From Mobula hypostoma (lineage: Eukaryota): a DNA stretch of 64,000 nucleotides. The stretch covers positions 118,174,001 to 118,238,000 of the forward strand of contig NC_086097.1 in NCBI RefSeq assembly GCF_963921235.1, given 5' to 3'. Position 1 is the stretch's first letter. Every line of letters starts with the position of its first letter. Below, in pieces: positions 1-11,345 of this stretch. The notes below the pieces were generated by a model. That model ran no database searches, was not told the DNA's origin, and was given only the letters and a program-made list of their open reading frames with translations. Made by a program: the position numbers and the translations under genes.

Positions 1-779
1 CATGTTCACCACGGGTGTATAAGGGAAGACCTCAGATGACGCAGTTTAGTTTTTAGTTTTAAGATTTCCAGCTAGAACATACTGTGTCTCCGTTTCTGTT
101 GTGTATTTGTTTTTATGACGCAGTTTCACTTTTAAAGCGGTTGTAATGTTCTGTTGCAAGGTACAATAGTGCTGGATTGGCAATTTTTGCTAGATGTGTT
201 GATGTACCTTATTCCAGCAGTAGTACGGGAGAGTGAAGACTTTATCAAAGCACAGGACCTCAAGGATTGAAGGGGAGTTGGTATTGTTTGGCAGTTTAAC
301 GAAGGATCGACCTTATTGAGTCTTTGTTGAAGGAGTAGCGACCTGCATCAAATATAACTCTTGCCAAAAGAGCAAGATAGCTCATGCAAAGGTTTGCTCT
401 CTAGAATTTAAGGTCAGTTGTTTTTAACTGTTTATTTCCTGCATCGTGAATCCTTTGTACAGAACCAGCAGGAACGTCACGTCTATGAAGAAATCCTTCT
501 CCAGAGAAGTCTCTCCCAATTGAACGTATAAATCTGTTGGACTTTCGAATTTACCATTTTAAGAACTATATCTGACTTTAACACTTTAAGAACTGTTTCC
601 TCATTTAACGCTTTAAGAACCAGTGCCAAGTGATGATTTGTTGAACGGTTGCATTAGCGGTTAACTTCCGGTTACGGTTTTCGTTTGTTTATTTTATCGT
701 TCATCTGTCTGTAGTAAATGTTTGGTTGTTTTTATATAACCTGTCTCAATTGATATTCATTGTTGCCGGTTACGTAACA
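1..779 (+). mobile_element. 3' part of an LTR (likely solo LTR) inserted in the ERV pol; left end outside the window
   Basis: Ends in ...TTACGTAACA (779), directly followed by retroviral pol codons. TATAAG near 18, AGTAAA near 713, three TTTAAGAAC subrepeats at about 558-620. TSD cannot be checked. Confidence 0.6.
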
Positions 780-823
780 ACCTATACTGTAGTAACGAAG
801 GAGGGTACTACAATGCGGTAGTA

Positions 824-1534
824 ATGCAGGACCATGGGGACACTAGAAGGCTGGTGGCCTATTACTCTATGAAACAGGACCCCGTTGCAGCAGGACTCCC
901 CCGCTGTGTTGCAGCTTTGGACTGCACCGTGTGGGCTGTGCGAGTAAGCAAACCAGTTGTGATGATGGGGCAACTGATCCTACACACACCCCGTACCATT
1001 GTAGAGCTCCTGAACACGAGGAGGCTGAGGGTAGTCACCGATAGCCGAAGGGAAGCTTGGGAGGCAGTTCTCATCCCAAACGACAAATCAGTAACTATAG
1101 TTAGAGACACGGAAGATCCTGCGAGCGCCATCCTAACAGAGGGAGAAGCACGTGAGTGCCAAATAGAAATTCTCAAGGAGGAAGATATCGGTGTGAAGGG
1201 AACACCTCTGAAAGGAATAGCAGATGAAATCTTTATAAATGGGTCTAGGAGGTACATAGATGGGAAACCACGAACTGGGTGGGCCGTGGTAAAGGAAACA
1301 CGTGAAGAGTTAGCTTCAGGAGCACTGCCGGGGGGTTGCTCAGCTCAGGTAGCAGAACTGGCCGCTCTGATAGAAGCTCTACGCTGCAGTGAGGGCAGAC
1401 GGGTAAATATATATACCGACAGCCAGTATGCATTCGGGGTGGTGCATGATTACCTAATGGCTTGGGCACGACGAGGATTCACAACTTCAACAGGTGCTAA
1501 TATTCAGCATGGGCACCTAATACAACAGCAGTGA
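824..1534 (+). pseudogene. pol: ERV pol fragment: connection (degenerate RNase H) plus RNase H
   Basis: The dual RNase H layout is typical of vertebrate retroviruses. The first catalytic Asp reads Asn (INGS) and the frame ends prematurely. Confidence 0.85.
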
Positions 1535-1829
1535 GCCTGCCAGAAGAGGTGGTAGTGATTAAGGTGAGAAGGGTCAGAGCATGAAACAGAAGGGAAGTGA
1601 GTGGGCAGATGTTGCTGCGAAGAAGGCAGCAGAGGAACAAGAGGCAATTGAAATTGCAAGTGTGCAAGAGGAAACGACAGAAGCCAGCTTAGTAAAATTA
1701 TATGAAGAGGTAGAGGCAGAAGAGAAGGAAAAATGGAGGAGGAAAGAAGCAAAGGAGGGACAAGATGGGTGCTGGACACACGAGGAGGAGAGTCGCGGTG
1801 GCCCCACCCTGTATTAGACAGATACTACT

Positions 1830-2810
1830 AAAGTTATACCATGGGGTGATGCATCAGGAAAGGCAGAGCTTGATCACAACCCTCTGGCAGGACTGGTTGT
1901 CCTGGGATGGGCGGGGATGTTGAGAAATTCTGCCGCCGTTGTATCATTTGTGCCCAGCATAACCCTGGTAAGGGCAGAAAGCTACAGTTGGCAAATCAGC
2001 CTCGGCCGAGGGGACCCTGGGAAAACATCCAGATAGACTTCACAGGGCCCCTGCCAAAAAGCAGGGGCAAAAGCTACTGTCCAGTAATTGTGATCACTTC
2101 ACCCGGTGGGTAGAGGCTTTCCCAACAAGGGACTGCACCGCCCGCACCGCTGCATGGATCCTAGTTCAGGAAATCCTCCCAAGGTGGGGAACCCCAGTCC
2201 AGGTGGATTCAGATCAGGGAGCACATTTCCCGATGAAGGAAATGTGCCAACTGCTAGGGATTCAACAACGGTTCCACGTACCTTACCACCCCCAGGGTTC
2301 AGGGATGGTAGAAAGGATGAACTGAACAATCAAGAAGGCGTTAGCCAAAGCTATAGCTGAGACAGGAAAGACATGGGTTGATGTATTACCAGGAATCCTG
2401 ATGAGATTGCGTACAACCCCGAACCGCACATTGGGTCTCAGCCCCTACGAATTATTGATGGGGCGAGAAATGCGACTCCCTTATGGGGTAATTATGGATG
2501 CGGGGAGCCTGGGGCTTACAGGGATAGAATAAACCAATATGTGAAAGACCTTTGTAACCAATTTAAAGTGTTGAAGGACTGAGCGAAACAACAGCAGTGA
2601 ATCGCTGATCAGAGAGAGCTAGAGGGAAAGGGGATAGTCCTTCCACAGCCCGGCGAGCAAGTTGTGGTGAGGGTGCTGCCGCAAAGGCCGGGGTTTGCCC
2701 CCGGGTGGATAGGACTACAGACGGTACTCTTAACCAATGATACGTGTGTCTGCGTACAGACTCGGAGAGGCAGCCAGTGGAAACACTGGAACCAGATTAA
2801 AACATACGAC
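1830..2810 (+). pseudogene. pol: ERV integrase remnant (Zn finger, DDE core, C-terminal part), frameshifted
   Basis: CxxC, QIDF, SDQG, VERMN and SPYELLMGR motifs spread over different frames. Confidence 0.85.
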
Positions 2811-4084
2811 TCACCCTCTCGTTGCTCCCACAGACAGAGCGGGGAACCAAGTGTACCCAGTAACCATGTAATTACAGAGAACCTAAGAGAGGAACACCAG
2901 CCGGCCATGCCAGACTTGATCACAGCTGATGAAAACACCTGGAGGAAACGCAAAGGCAGAAAACGCCAAGAGCGTGGCAGAAGACACGGACAGTGTGTTG
3001 GAAAACCATGAATAGCCTGCTGAAGTGTGGTGATAATGGCACTCTGTAAAGAAGGCTGGTTGCTGAAGATTAATTTTATAGTATAGTATAGAAACTTATT
3101 GGGAAATAGACGGGGAAAGATTTCTGAATTAAAGCAGAGACAGCAAGTTCCACCACTTCGATGGCATTTCAGACTGCACACGGCATCTGGAAGCAGTCAC
3201 CCCAAGTCTGAGGAGCTGGGCCCTTTTCAGCAGTTGGGCCAGTGTTCGACCGGACAGTTCGGAAGAGGGTGCCACTGGGGAGAGGTCCTTGCAGACGTTT
3301 ATGTAGAGGCCACCCCAACCCCTTCCTGTACATCAATGAGAAGCCCTGTGGGTGCTCCTGAAAGGAGAGTTTAAGTGACCAGAGGATAAAGGGCTGAAGA
3401 CAAAGGAATGTGGTTAAGCTGCAGTCAGCCTGCAGGGAAAGAGCCGACAGGCACACGAAAGGAACCGCATTTCTAAAGACTTGGAACAGCCTCTCTGCTT
3501 AACATTTGGTAGGTAGTGATTAGAGAATGCTAGCATAGATATCGGGTACTTAAAATTGGGAGGGAATTTTGAGCAGGGCATTTTTGCTGCCCTATTTGAG
3601 CAGATCCTCCTAGGTTGGCCTTTCCTGGTACAAATTTAATTTTTTGTCCAGGAGGGCCATGGGGACGGACTGTTAGAGTGAGTTTTTGGGTAGATGATTC
3701 ATTTACACTTAAATGACTCTGGCCACCAGTCTTCTGTTTGACAAAGTACTGTGGCTGAGTTCACAACAATGCATTTCCTAAAAGCTGTGAATATCGGGAT
3801 ACTAGCCAGGCGCTGCGGATGGAAGTGTGAAGTTTACAGGTAGTTTCAAAGACAGTATTATCTATACTTTATAATATTAATTGTCCTCTATGTTAGCACA
3901 TAAAATACCAAATAAATGTGTTGTGGATTTGACTTGCACTCCTAAAAACTGTGAGTACCAACTCAGACATGTTGGCGTCAGGAGGAAAGGATGAAGTCAG
4001 AAGCTGTTTTGTTTTGTACGTAGCTTCAGAAGGAAGCATTGTCTATAACTTCGTAAGTAGCTATTGCCTTTTGTGTTAAGCATA

Positions 4085-4784
4085 TGTAGCCCCCCCCCCC
4101 CAACCACCCTCAGGGTCGCTCGGCTCGCTGTTGTCTAGGGAAACAGCCTCGGCCCCGGCAAACTGTGTAATTCGTTTGCGTGGATGCTGTGGGAGGTACC
4201 CCACCCCGCCCAAATAACAGACAATACACCAGATGCAATTAAATGATATACAGTTTATAGATATTAGTGGAACGATATAATTAAAAGAGAATAAAATATA
4301 AAAGGAAAATAAAAGGCGCCACACTCATCAAAGTTCAATCTCTTCGTGCACAAAAACCGTTGGAGCTCAAGGACCTTCTTCTTCACCCTGCGACCCCCTC
4401 GGACCACCTCGACCGGCCGCCTGGCACCAACAACGGTGGTCGACCAGACGCTCCACACGAGTCCGTCTCTGTCTCCTCGCCGAACGTCCCGCTCGGGGTC
4501 CGACCCCGTTAACAGACTCACAGCACCTTGTCCATCCTCTGTCTCGCTCTCCCGCCTTCTTCCCCAAAACCCCGCGCATACAGTATCTTCAAACACACCA
4601 AAGCCATGACAACTATCCCAATTGGTTAATAGCACTCTCTTATCACACTCCAAAGAGAAAACAAGCTGCTAGTGCAAACTTTCTCAGCATTTAACACAAC
4701 AAAGCCGCATTCCCCAGATTAACATAACAAAGACGCCATTTTAATTAGCCTCCGCAGTAACATAAAAGTCGAAACCCCCTTACA
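4085..4784 (-). repeat. 3' LTR of the nested Gypsy element
   Basis: Direct repeat of 7482-8180 (about 35-40 differences counted by eye). Preceded on the minus strand by the PPT GGTGGGGGGAGAG (4785-4797). Confidence 0.95.
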
Positions 4785-5278
4785 CTCTCCCCCCACCAAA
4801 TAAAGTCATGTCCTCATGACTTCTAAATAACTCGCCAACCAGTCCTGCAGACAAACAACGCACACATACACAGGTACACACAGTGACAGTGCTCCCCAAA
4901 CAGTGGACCTTACTCCCGTCCCATGGGCACTACATACGCCAACCTATCTGGGAGCTTCTTAACCCTCCGAGACCTCCGTACCCCCTCACCTAAACCCAAA
5001 AGGCTCAGACACTACTAGGGATACCTGGGGTCTGCTTGCCAACTCTTCTCTCACTCAGGCCACCATTACAGCTCAGAGCCCCCTGTCCCGTGTCCGAGGC
5101 CCCGCCTCTCCTCTGTCCTGATCCTGCCGTAACTCAGACTGCCCACAGCTAGCCCTCCCCACTACAACTGACTCAGTGGGAGAAGGGCCAAAGGTCTCTT
5201 CCTCAATCACGGGAAAGTTAGCGAAAGGTAGCATGTTCCACATGTGCAGCACATCATCCTTCGAATCCGTATCCTTCC

Positions 5279-6238
5279 TCATTCCCTCGATCGATAGCTG
5301 CTGGTTAAGTTTCTCCAAATTGAAACATTTAGCCGGGCTACCCCTTCAGCCTCCTGCAGTCGAGACGTCAGCTTCTTCGGGGACCCCTTCAACTCTCGCC
5401 ACAGTCTCAGCAGTTCTGACTCAGGGTTCCTGGCCATCTCAGTCTGGGACGCAGTTACCCCACCAGCTTCTTCCACCCTGACCTGAAAAGCAGCAGTTAA
5501 AGAACGTTCAGCCTCCGGTTGTTTCTTCCTGAGGGTGTCTTCCAGGTCAACTTTCAGTTTTTCAAATTCATTTAAACTCGCAATAGTCACCTTCAAGTTC
5601 CTTTCAAGTGTCCGCCTCCCTTTTCCGAGATCCGCCCTCCATTTCTTTACCTCCTCGAGAGTGTAGTCAAACTCCCCTCCCTGGGCCCTCGGTTTTCTGT
5701 TGACTTTAGTCAGAACACTTCCTTGATCTTCCCCAACTTGCAAGTCTTCCAATCTGTTCTGAATCGACGTCTTGAGTTTCTGCTGATCCCTTCGAAGGTG
5801 GGTCATTGTTTCTGCTTGCTGGATTAATTCATCAGTACATGACCGCAGTGCGGTGCAAATCCCCTCTCTTCCCTGTGTCTCATTCAGGTTGACGTCCTGG
5901 GTTTCCATCCCCCGGTCCACCACCGTCTGTTCCAACACCAGGAAGTTCAACTGGTATGTTGGGTCATTTTTCTCACATTGCACCAAACTCCTCCGGCCAA
6001 AAACTCCTCCACATTTGACACTTCGCTTCGGTCGCCCGGGCTCAGCCACTCGCCTCGCCTCATAGTCCCCCCAGGCAAATCCAAGCTCTAGGCGGTCATC
6101 CACATACGTCAAAACTCCACACACCTTCACTTCCCCCATGGTCTTCCTCATGCCCCGTGGGAAGGATGCAGGGGCTCCGGATATGCCCTTGGGCATCTTT
6201 TCGGATCGGAAGAATCCTAGGGAACTAGTAAAGGCCAT
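5279..6238 (-). CDS. Chimeric 319-aa ORF: RT remnant (aa 1-60), RNase H remnant (aa 78-107), myosin heavy-chain coiled coil (aa 109-300)
   Basis: [18 protein letters not shown] (RT); [29 protein letters not shown] (Gypsy RNase H-like); [78 protein letters not shown] (myosin rod). Expression unknown. Confidence 0.75.
   Translation of the reverse strand: MAFTSSLGFFRSEKMPKGISGAPASFPRGMRKTMGEVKVCGVLTYVDDRLELGFAWGDYEARRVAEPGRPKRSVKCGGVFGRRSLVQCEKNDPTYQLNFLVLEQTVVDRGMETQDVNLNETQGREGICTALRSCTDELIQQAETMTHLRRDQQKLKTSIQNRLEDLQVGEDQGSVLTKVNRKPRAQGGEFDYTLEEVKKWRADLGKGRRTLERNLKVTIASLNEFEKLKVDLEDTLRKKQPEAERSLTAAFQVRVEEAGGVTASQTEMARNPESELLRLWRELKGSPKKLTSRLQEAEGVARLNVSIWRNLTSSYRSRE
5286..5914 (-). pseudogene. 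Transduced, intronless, internally deleted myosin heavy-chain rod fragment (MYH16-like)
   Basis: Colinear by eye with sarcomeric myosin LDDLQAEEDKVNTLTK..LEQEKKLRMDL, RLEEAGGATSAQIE and KKLAQRLQEAEE..AKCSSLEK. After a 1-nt frameshift near 5335 it continues as [16 protein letters not shown]. Confidence 0.85.
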
Positions 6239-6530
6239 CTTCAGCTCAACAGCAGCACTCCTCAGGATCTGTCAACATCCACCCCTCAGATGCAGCACAT
6301 TAAACCACATCACATAATCCACACACACGCTACCTGCATCATCCACGCCGCCAGGATCCAGTTGCCGCGACCTCTCTCTCACTGAGGTGTCTTCAGCGGT
6401 CAACTCCCCTCCCTTGTGGTAGTTCGGAGCATCTACTAAGAGGGTCTCACCCTCAGCTACTTTCCCCAGACCGTACCACCGCTGGGTCTTGTTTAAATTC
6501 GGTACTGGTTCAAGGCTGCTACACACGTCC

Positions 6531-6790
6531 TCAGAAGCAACTCGACACACTGGGTGCCTCCATGACTTCCAGGGTCATTAACCAATCATCGTCTTCTGGA
6601 TAACTACTGCCACTAGTACCCAAAGTCTCCAGTGCCTTTGCGGTTTTCAAGGGTAAATGCTTCAGACACCAGTTGTAAAACGAACTGTACAACAACTTGA
6701 CCTGCACTCCGGGGTCAAGGATGGCTTTAGCATCGCTTCCCTCTATCCGTAATGACACCCTGGGGTGAGGTCCCTCTAAGCCTTCAGGAA
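6531..6790 (-). pseudogene. Aspartic protease remnant
   Basis: [35 protein letters not shown], a degenerate LDTG motif. Confidence 0.7.
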
Positions 6791-6977
6791 TAGGGTCTTT
6801 TCCTTTCGGAAGTTCATCGGTACATTGCTGGGAACGTGCTTCCCCAGACACCCCAAGCCGTTCCCCCACTGGGCTCCACTAAGTTTCCCGACACCTCTCT
6901 GATCAGCTGAACAACTGAAGGAGGGGCTGATCCCCTGAAATGATCCCCCTGGCACTACAAGCAATTTAGCTGCCCTC

Positions 6978-7340
6978 CTAGCCAGAGAAGACACACTGAA
7001 AACTTTCCCCCTCTTTCAAATAACTGACAGCTGTCACTACGGTGTAAGTGAACCTGACAGCTCTAACACCGTCACCAGCCCGCCTACTCAATCTTTCAAC
7101 CAATCCCTGTCGCTCTCCCTCAACCGAGCACTGCCACTCATCTAACAACTGAGAGATCCGCTCCACCCAGGTCTCGCACGCCTCCGCCCCTCTTGGTGTG
7201 GACACTATCCCAAGTGCCAGGCGAAGACTGCCAGAGCTAGAACATTTATTCGCAGACACTACCTCCAAATCAGACCACTCTTTCCTCTCTCTCCCAACAG
7301 CATAGGCAGCCCCGACTGCCACCTCCAACTCGTCAATGCC
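6978..7340 (-). pseudogene. PNMA/Gypsy gag-like remnant
   Basis: ETWVERISQLLDEWQCSVEGERQGLVERLSRRA resembles the PNMA-type capsid region; truncated. Confidence 0.7.
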
Positions 7341-7459
7341 AGCCTGAACTCGAACAAAGACTGCACCCACCACGCATGCAGCAATAACCAGCAAACAACC
7401 CACAGAGACACACATTACTGATTTAAACAGGGCACCCACACAGCATACCAGCAGACTCA

Positions 7460-7478
7460 ATCTCGGACAAAGCCCCCA
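7460..7478 (-). promoter_or_regulatory. Primer-binding site, tRNA-Pro-like
   Basis: Minus strand TGGGGGCTTTGTCCGAGAT versus canonical tRNA-Pro PBS TGGGGGCTCGTCCGGGAT, 3 nt after the 5' LTR. Confidence 0.8.
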
Positions 7479-7481
7479 CAA

Positions 7482-8180
7482 TGTAGCCCCCCCCCCCCGG
7501 CCACCCTCAGGGTGGCTCGGCTCGCTGTTGTCTAGGGAAACAGCCTCGACCCCGGCAAACTGTGTAATTCGTTTGTGTGGATGCTGTGGGAGGTACCCCA
7601 CCCCGCCCAAATAACAGACAATACACCAGATGCAATTAAATCATATACAGTTTATACATATTAGTGGAATGATATAATTAAAAGAGAATAAAATATAAAA
7701 GGAAAATAAAAGGCACCACACTTATCAAAGTTCAATCTCTTTGTGCATAAAAACCGTTGGAGCTCAAGGACCTTCTTCTTCACCCTGCGACCCCCTCAGA
7801 CCACCTCGACCGGCCGCCTGGGACCAACAACGGTGGTTGACCAGACACTCCACACGAGTCCGTCTCCGTCTCCTCGCTGAACGTCCCGCTCGGGGTCCGA
7901 CCCCGTTAGCGGACTCACAGCACCTCGTCCATCCTCTGTCTCACTCTCCCACCTTCTGCCCCAAAACCCTGCGCATACAGTATCTTCAAATACACCAAAA
8001 CCATAACAATTATCCCAATTGGTTAATAGCACTCTCTTATCACACTCTAAAGAAAAACAAGCTGCTAGCGCAAACTTTCTCAGCGTTTAACACAACAAAG
8101 CTGCATTCTCCAGGTTAACATAACAAAGACACCATTTTAATTAGCCTCCGCAATAACATAAAAGTCGAAACCCCCTTACA
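7482..8180 (-). repeat. 5' LTR of the nested Gypsy element
   Basis: Direct repeat of 4085-4784, followed on the minus strand by the PBS. Confidence 0.95.
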
Positions 8181-8662
8181 CATATAAGTATTGAGCCCAC
8201 ATTGGGCTAGCAAACCTTTCTACTGAAAGCGCCTCCGTCCATATGATGCCTGCTGTGCATTGTTGTGCTGAATAAAGAAGCTACTTTGTAGCTACCAGTG
8301 ACTCTGTCTCTCCGGTGATTTCATCCACGCTACAATAATGCTCACCACTCTCTGAGTGAAGAAGATCCCCCTTGTATTCCCCTTAAACATTTCACCTAAC
8401 TTCACTGTTAGTTAAAGGGGGCATTCCTACACAGAACAAGTGTAGCCCGACCACCTGACCCTGCTCTCCCTGTTCTTCTGACCTAATGACCTTTCCCAAT
8501 CCTATTATTGTTCCATTGTTTGGCTATTGGCTAATTGATTTTTTTTTTCTTTCCCCTCCATTAATATTATTGATCCAGCATCTCCAAACAACAACTGATC
8601 TGCTGAATTGATTAACAATAACCAGGCCAAAAGCCTCTTGTCCAACTTCCAATGGGACTCAC

Positions 8663-9330
8663 AAACAGGAGAATATCTGCAGATGTCGGAGGTCCAACAA
8701 ATGCACACAATATACTGGAGGAACTCAGCAGGCCAGGCAGCTTCTATGAAAAAGTGTGAACTGTCAACATTTTCAGCTGCAATTTTTCATCAGAACTGGG
8801 AAGAAAAAGATGAGAAGTCAGAGTAAGAAGGTGGAGGAAGGGGAGGAAGAAGTTCTAGGTGGAAGGTGATAGGTGAAACAGGGAAAGTGGGGTGAAGTAA
8901 ATAGCTGAGGAGTTGATTAGTGAACGAGATAGAGGGTTGGAGAAGAGGGAATCTGATAGGAGAGGATAGAAGAGCATGGAAGAATGGGAAGTGAGATGAG
9001 CACTAGAAGGAGGTGATTGGCAGGTAGGGAGATAAGGTAAAAGACTGGAATGGGAAATGGTGCGGGGGGGGCGGGGAAATTACTGGAAATTTGAGAAATC
9101 AATGTTCAAGCCATCAGGTTGGAGGCTACTCATATGGAATATAGGATGTTGCCCCTCCATCCTGAGTGTGGCTTCATCGCAGCAGTAGGGGAGGCCACGT
9201 ATTGACACATTGGAATAGGAAGAAGAATTGAAATGGGTGGCCACCAGGAGATCGCACTTTTTCTGGTGATTAGATTATAGGTGCTCAGCTAGGTGGTCTC
9301 CAAACTTACGTTGGGCCTCACCGATATACA
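8663..9330 (-). mobile_element. Old Penelope-like element 3' fragment
   Basis: Minus strand YIGE..F.EHL GIY-YIG C-terminal remnant, pyrimidine-rich 3' region, and a terminus resembling the copies at 18361-18410 and 21470-21525. Confidence 0.8.
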
Positions 9331-10016
9331 GCCTTGGGACCTTTGGATTTCTAAAGGGGATGTCATTCCTTAAGAATTCAGCTGACTGATTTAGAAGTCA
9401 CGGTGCAAGCAAATAGGGAATTTCTAAGAATATCTGCAAAGTTAGCCTGCACTTTAAGCAGTCCAGGCTAACTTTAAATTAGAGCTAACCTCCCTAATCT
9501 TGCTTCTATTGCTCATATGTATGCTATCAAAAAGAATTTGGTAAAATCTTGTTTAAGGATCAACTTTATTCCCCTCATATATTTACATGTATTAGGAATT
9601 CGTTGTGACATGCAACAAAAAGAACATTCAACAATTATAAAGAATTATATTAAAAATAAAGCTAGAGTTTTATGTACAGATAGGAATAAAATGTGTGTAA
9701 ATATGCGTTATTACAACATAAATGGTATTATAAAACTTACTGGCCTATAATTTCCCAGAATAGCAGGAAGAGTTTGGAGAACTTATTAAACACTGTGCCA
9801 TTCAGTTGCATAGACTCAACGTAAGTTATGCTTTAATATACTTTCTACACATGGGACAATTTGAAATGATACGCTCCTTCATCAGTAAAGCTGAAGCAAT
9901 TAATTCAAATAGTAGAACTATTTTGAAAAGATATAAACATGATCTTTGGACTGGATAAATGCATGAACATTATACATAAAGAAAGGTGCAACAGAGCTAA
10001 TAGAATTCAAAACAGT

Positions 10017-11240
10017 TTGGTTACCAGGAAAATGGATGAAGGGAAGGCAGTGGATATTGTCTGCATGGACTTCAGTAAGCCCTTGACAAGGTCCCGCATG
10101 GGAGGTTAGTTAGGAAAATTCAGTCGCTAGGTATACATGGAGAGGTGGTAAATTGGATTAGACATTGGCTCAATGGAAGAAGCCAAAGAGTGGTAGTAGA
10201 GAATTACTTCTCTGAGTGGAGGCCTGTGACTAGTGGTGTGCTACAGGGATCAGTGCTGGGTCCATTGTTATTTGTCATCTATATCCATGATCAGGATGAT
10301 AATGTGGTAAATTGGATCAGCAAGTTTGCTGATGATACAAAGGTTGGAAGTGTAGTAGACAGTGAGGAAGGTTTTCAGAGCCTGCAGAGGGACTTGGACC
10401 AGCTGGAAAAATGGGCTGAAAAATGGCAGATGGAGTTTAATACCGACAAGTGTGAGGTATTGCACGTTGGAAGGCCAAACCAAGGTAGAACATACAGGGT
10501 TAATGGTAAGGCACTGAGGAGTGCAGTGGAATAGAGGGATCTGGGAATACAGATACAAAATTCCCTAAAAGTGTCGTCACAGGTAGATGGGGTCGTGAAG
10601 AGAGCTTTTGCTACGTTGGCCTTTATTAATCAAAGTATTGAATATAAGAGCTGGAATGTTATGATGAGGTTGTATAAGGCATTGGTGAGGCCGAATCTGG
10701 AGTATTGTGTTCAGTTTTGGTCACCAAATTACAGGAAAGATATAAATAAGGTTGAAAGAGTGCAGAGAAGGTTTACAAGGATGTTGCCGGGTCTTGAGAA
10801 ACTCAGTTACAGAGAAAGATTGAATAGGTTAGGACTTTATTCCCTGAGGCGTAGAAGAATGAGGGGAGATTTGATAGAGGTATATAAAATTATGATGGGT
10901 ATAGATAGAGTGAATGCAAGCAAGCTTTTTCCACTGAGGCAAGGGGAGAAAAAAAACAGAGGACATGGGTTAAGGGTGAGGGGGGAAAGGTTTAAAGGGA
11001 ACATTAGGGGGTGCTTCTTCACACAGAGAGTGGTGGGAGTATGGAATGAGCTGCCAGACGAGGTGGTAAATGCGGGTTCTTTTAGTAACATTTAAAAATA
11101 AATTGGACAGATACATGGATGGGAGGTGTATGGAGGGATATGGTCCGTGTGCAGGTCAGTGGGACTAGGCAGAAAATGGTTCGGCACAGCCAAGAAGGGC
11201 CAAAAGGCCTGTTTCTGTGCTGTAGTTTCTATGGTTTCTA
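10017..11240 (+). mobile_element. 5'-truncated CR1 LINE (RT, 3' UTR)
   Basis: MDFSK..DKV, GVLQGSVLGPLLF, KFADDTK, RPNLEYCVQFWSP, FFTQRVV; TTTCTATG tail. Confidence 0.95.
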
Positions 11241-11284
11241 TTCCTGGAAGTCTGTGCTGTTGTCTCATTCTGTCCACAGTGGTG

Positions 11285-11345
11285 CTGTTGTTGTTGTTGT
11301 TGTTGTTATTATTATTTTGTTATTATTATTACTACTATTATTTAT
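11285..11345. repeat. (GTT)n/(ATT)n microsatellite within a LINE/SINE 3'-tail remnant (about 11241-11520)
   Basis: Visible trinucleotide runs; the remnant ends in GAACTTT repeats. Confidence 0.8.

Larger units (their letters stand above)
780..3670 (+). mobile_element. Endogenous retrovirus internal region: degraded pol (RT connection, RNase H, integrase) plus a 3' region with no recognisable env
   Basis: Connection domain VAYYSMKQDPVAAGLPRC; second RNase H IFINGS..SAQVAELAAL..IYTDSQYAFG; integrase CRRCIICAQHN, WENIQIDFTGPLP, VDSDQGAHF, PYHPQGSGMVERMN. Several stops and frameshifts. Purine-rich tract just before 3671. Confidence 0.9.
4085..8180 (-). mobile_element. Non-autonomous Ty3/Gypsy-type LTR retrotransposon carrying a captured myosin heavy-chain segment
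   Basis: Two roughly 700-bp LTRs (4085-4784, 7482-8180) with TG..CA ends; 4-bp TSD CATA (4081-4084, 8181-8184); tRNA-Pro-like PBS; PPT; remnants of PNMA-like gag, protease (ILDPG), RT (YVDD), RNase H and a C-terminal RRSRRVKKLPDRLAY. Confidence 0.95.
3671..8334 (+). repeat. ERV 3' LTR, split into 3671-4084 and 8185-8334 by a nested LTR element
   Basis: Starts TGTTAGAGTG after the purine tract and ends CACGCTACA (8334). The rejoined sequence gives a TATA-like CATATAA with AATAAA at 8271-8276. Confidence 0.8.

Noticed and set aside
5286..5914. Myosin-like sequence as exons of a genuine host myosin gene
   Set aside because: It has no introns or splice sites, has internal deletions, and is enclosed by paired LTRs, PBS, PPT and TSD.
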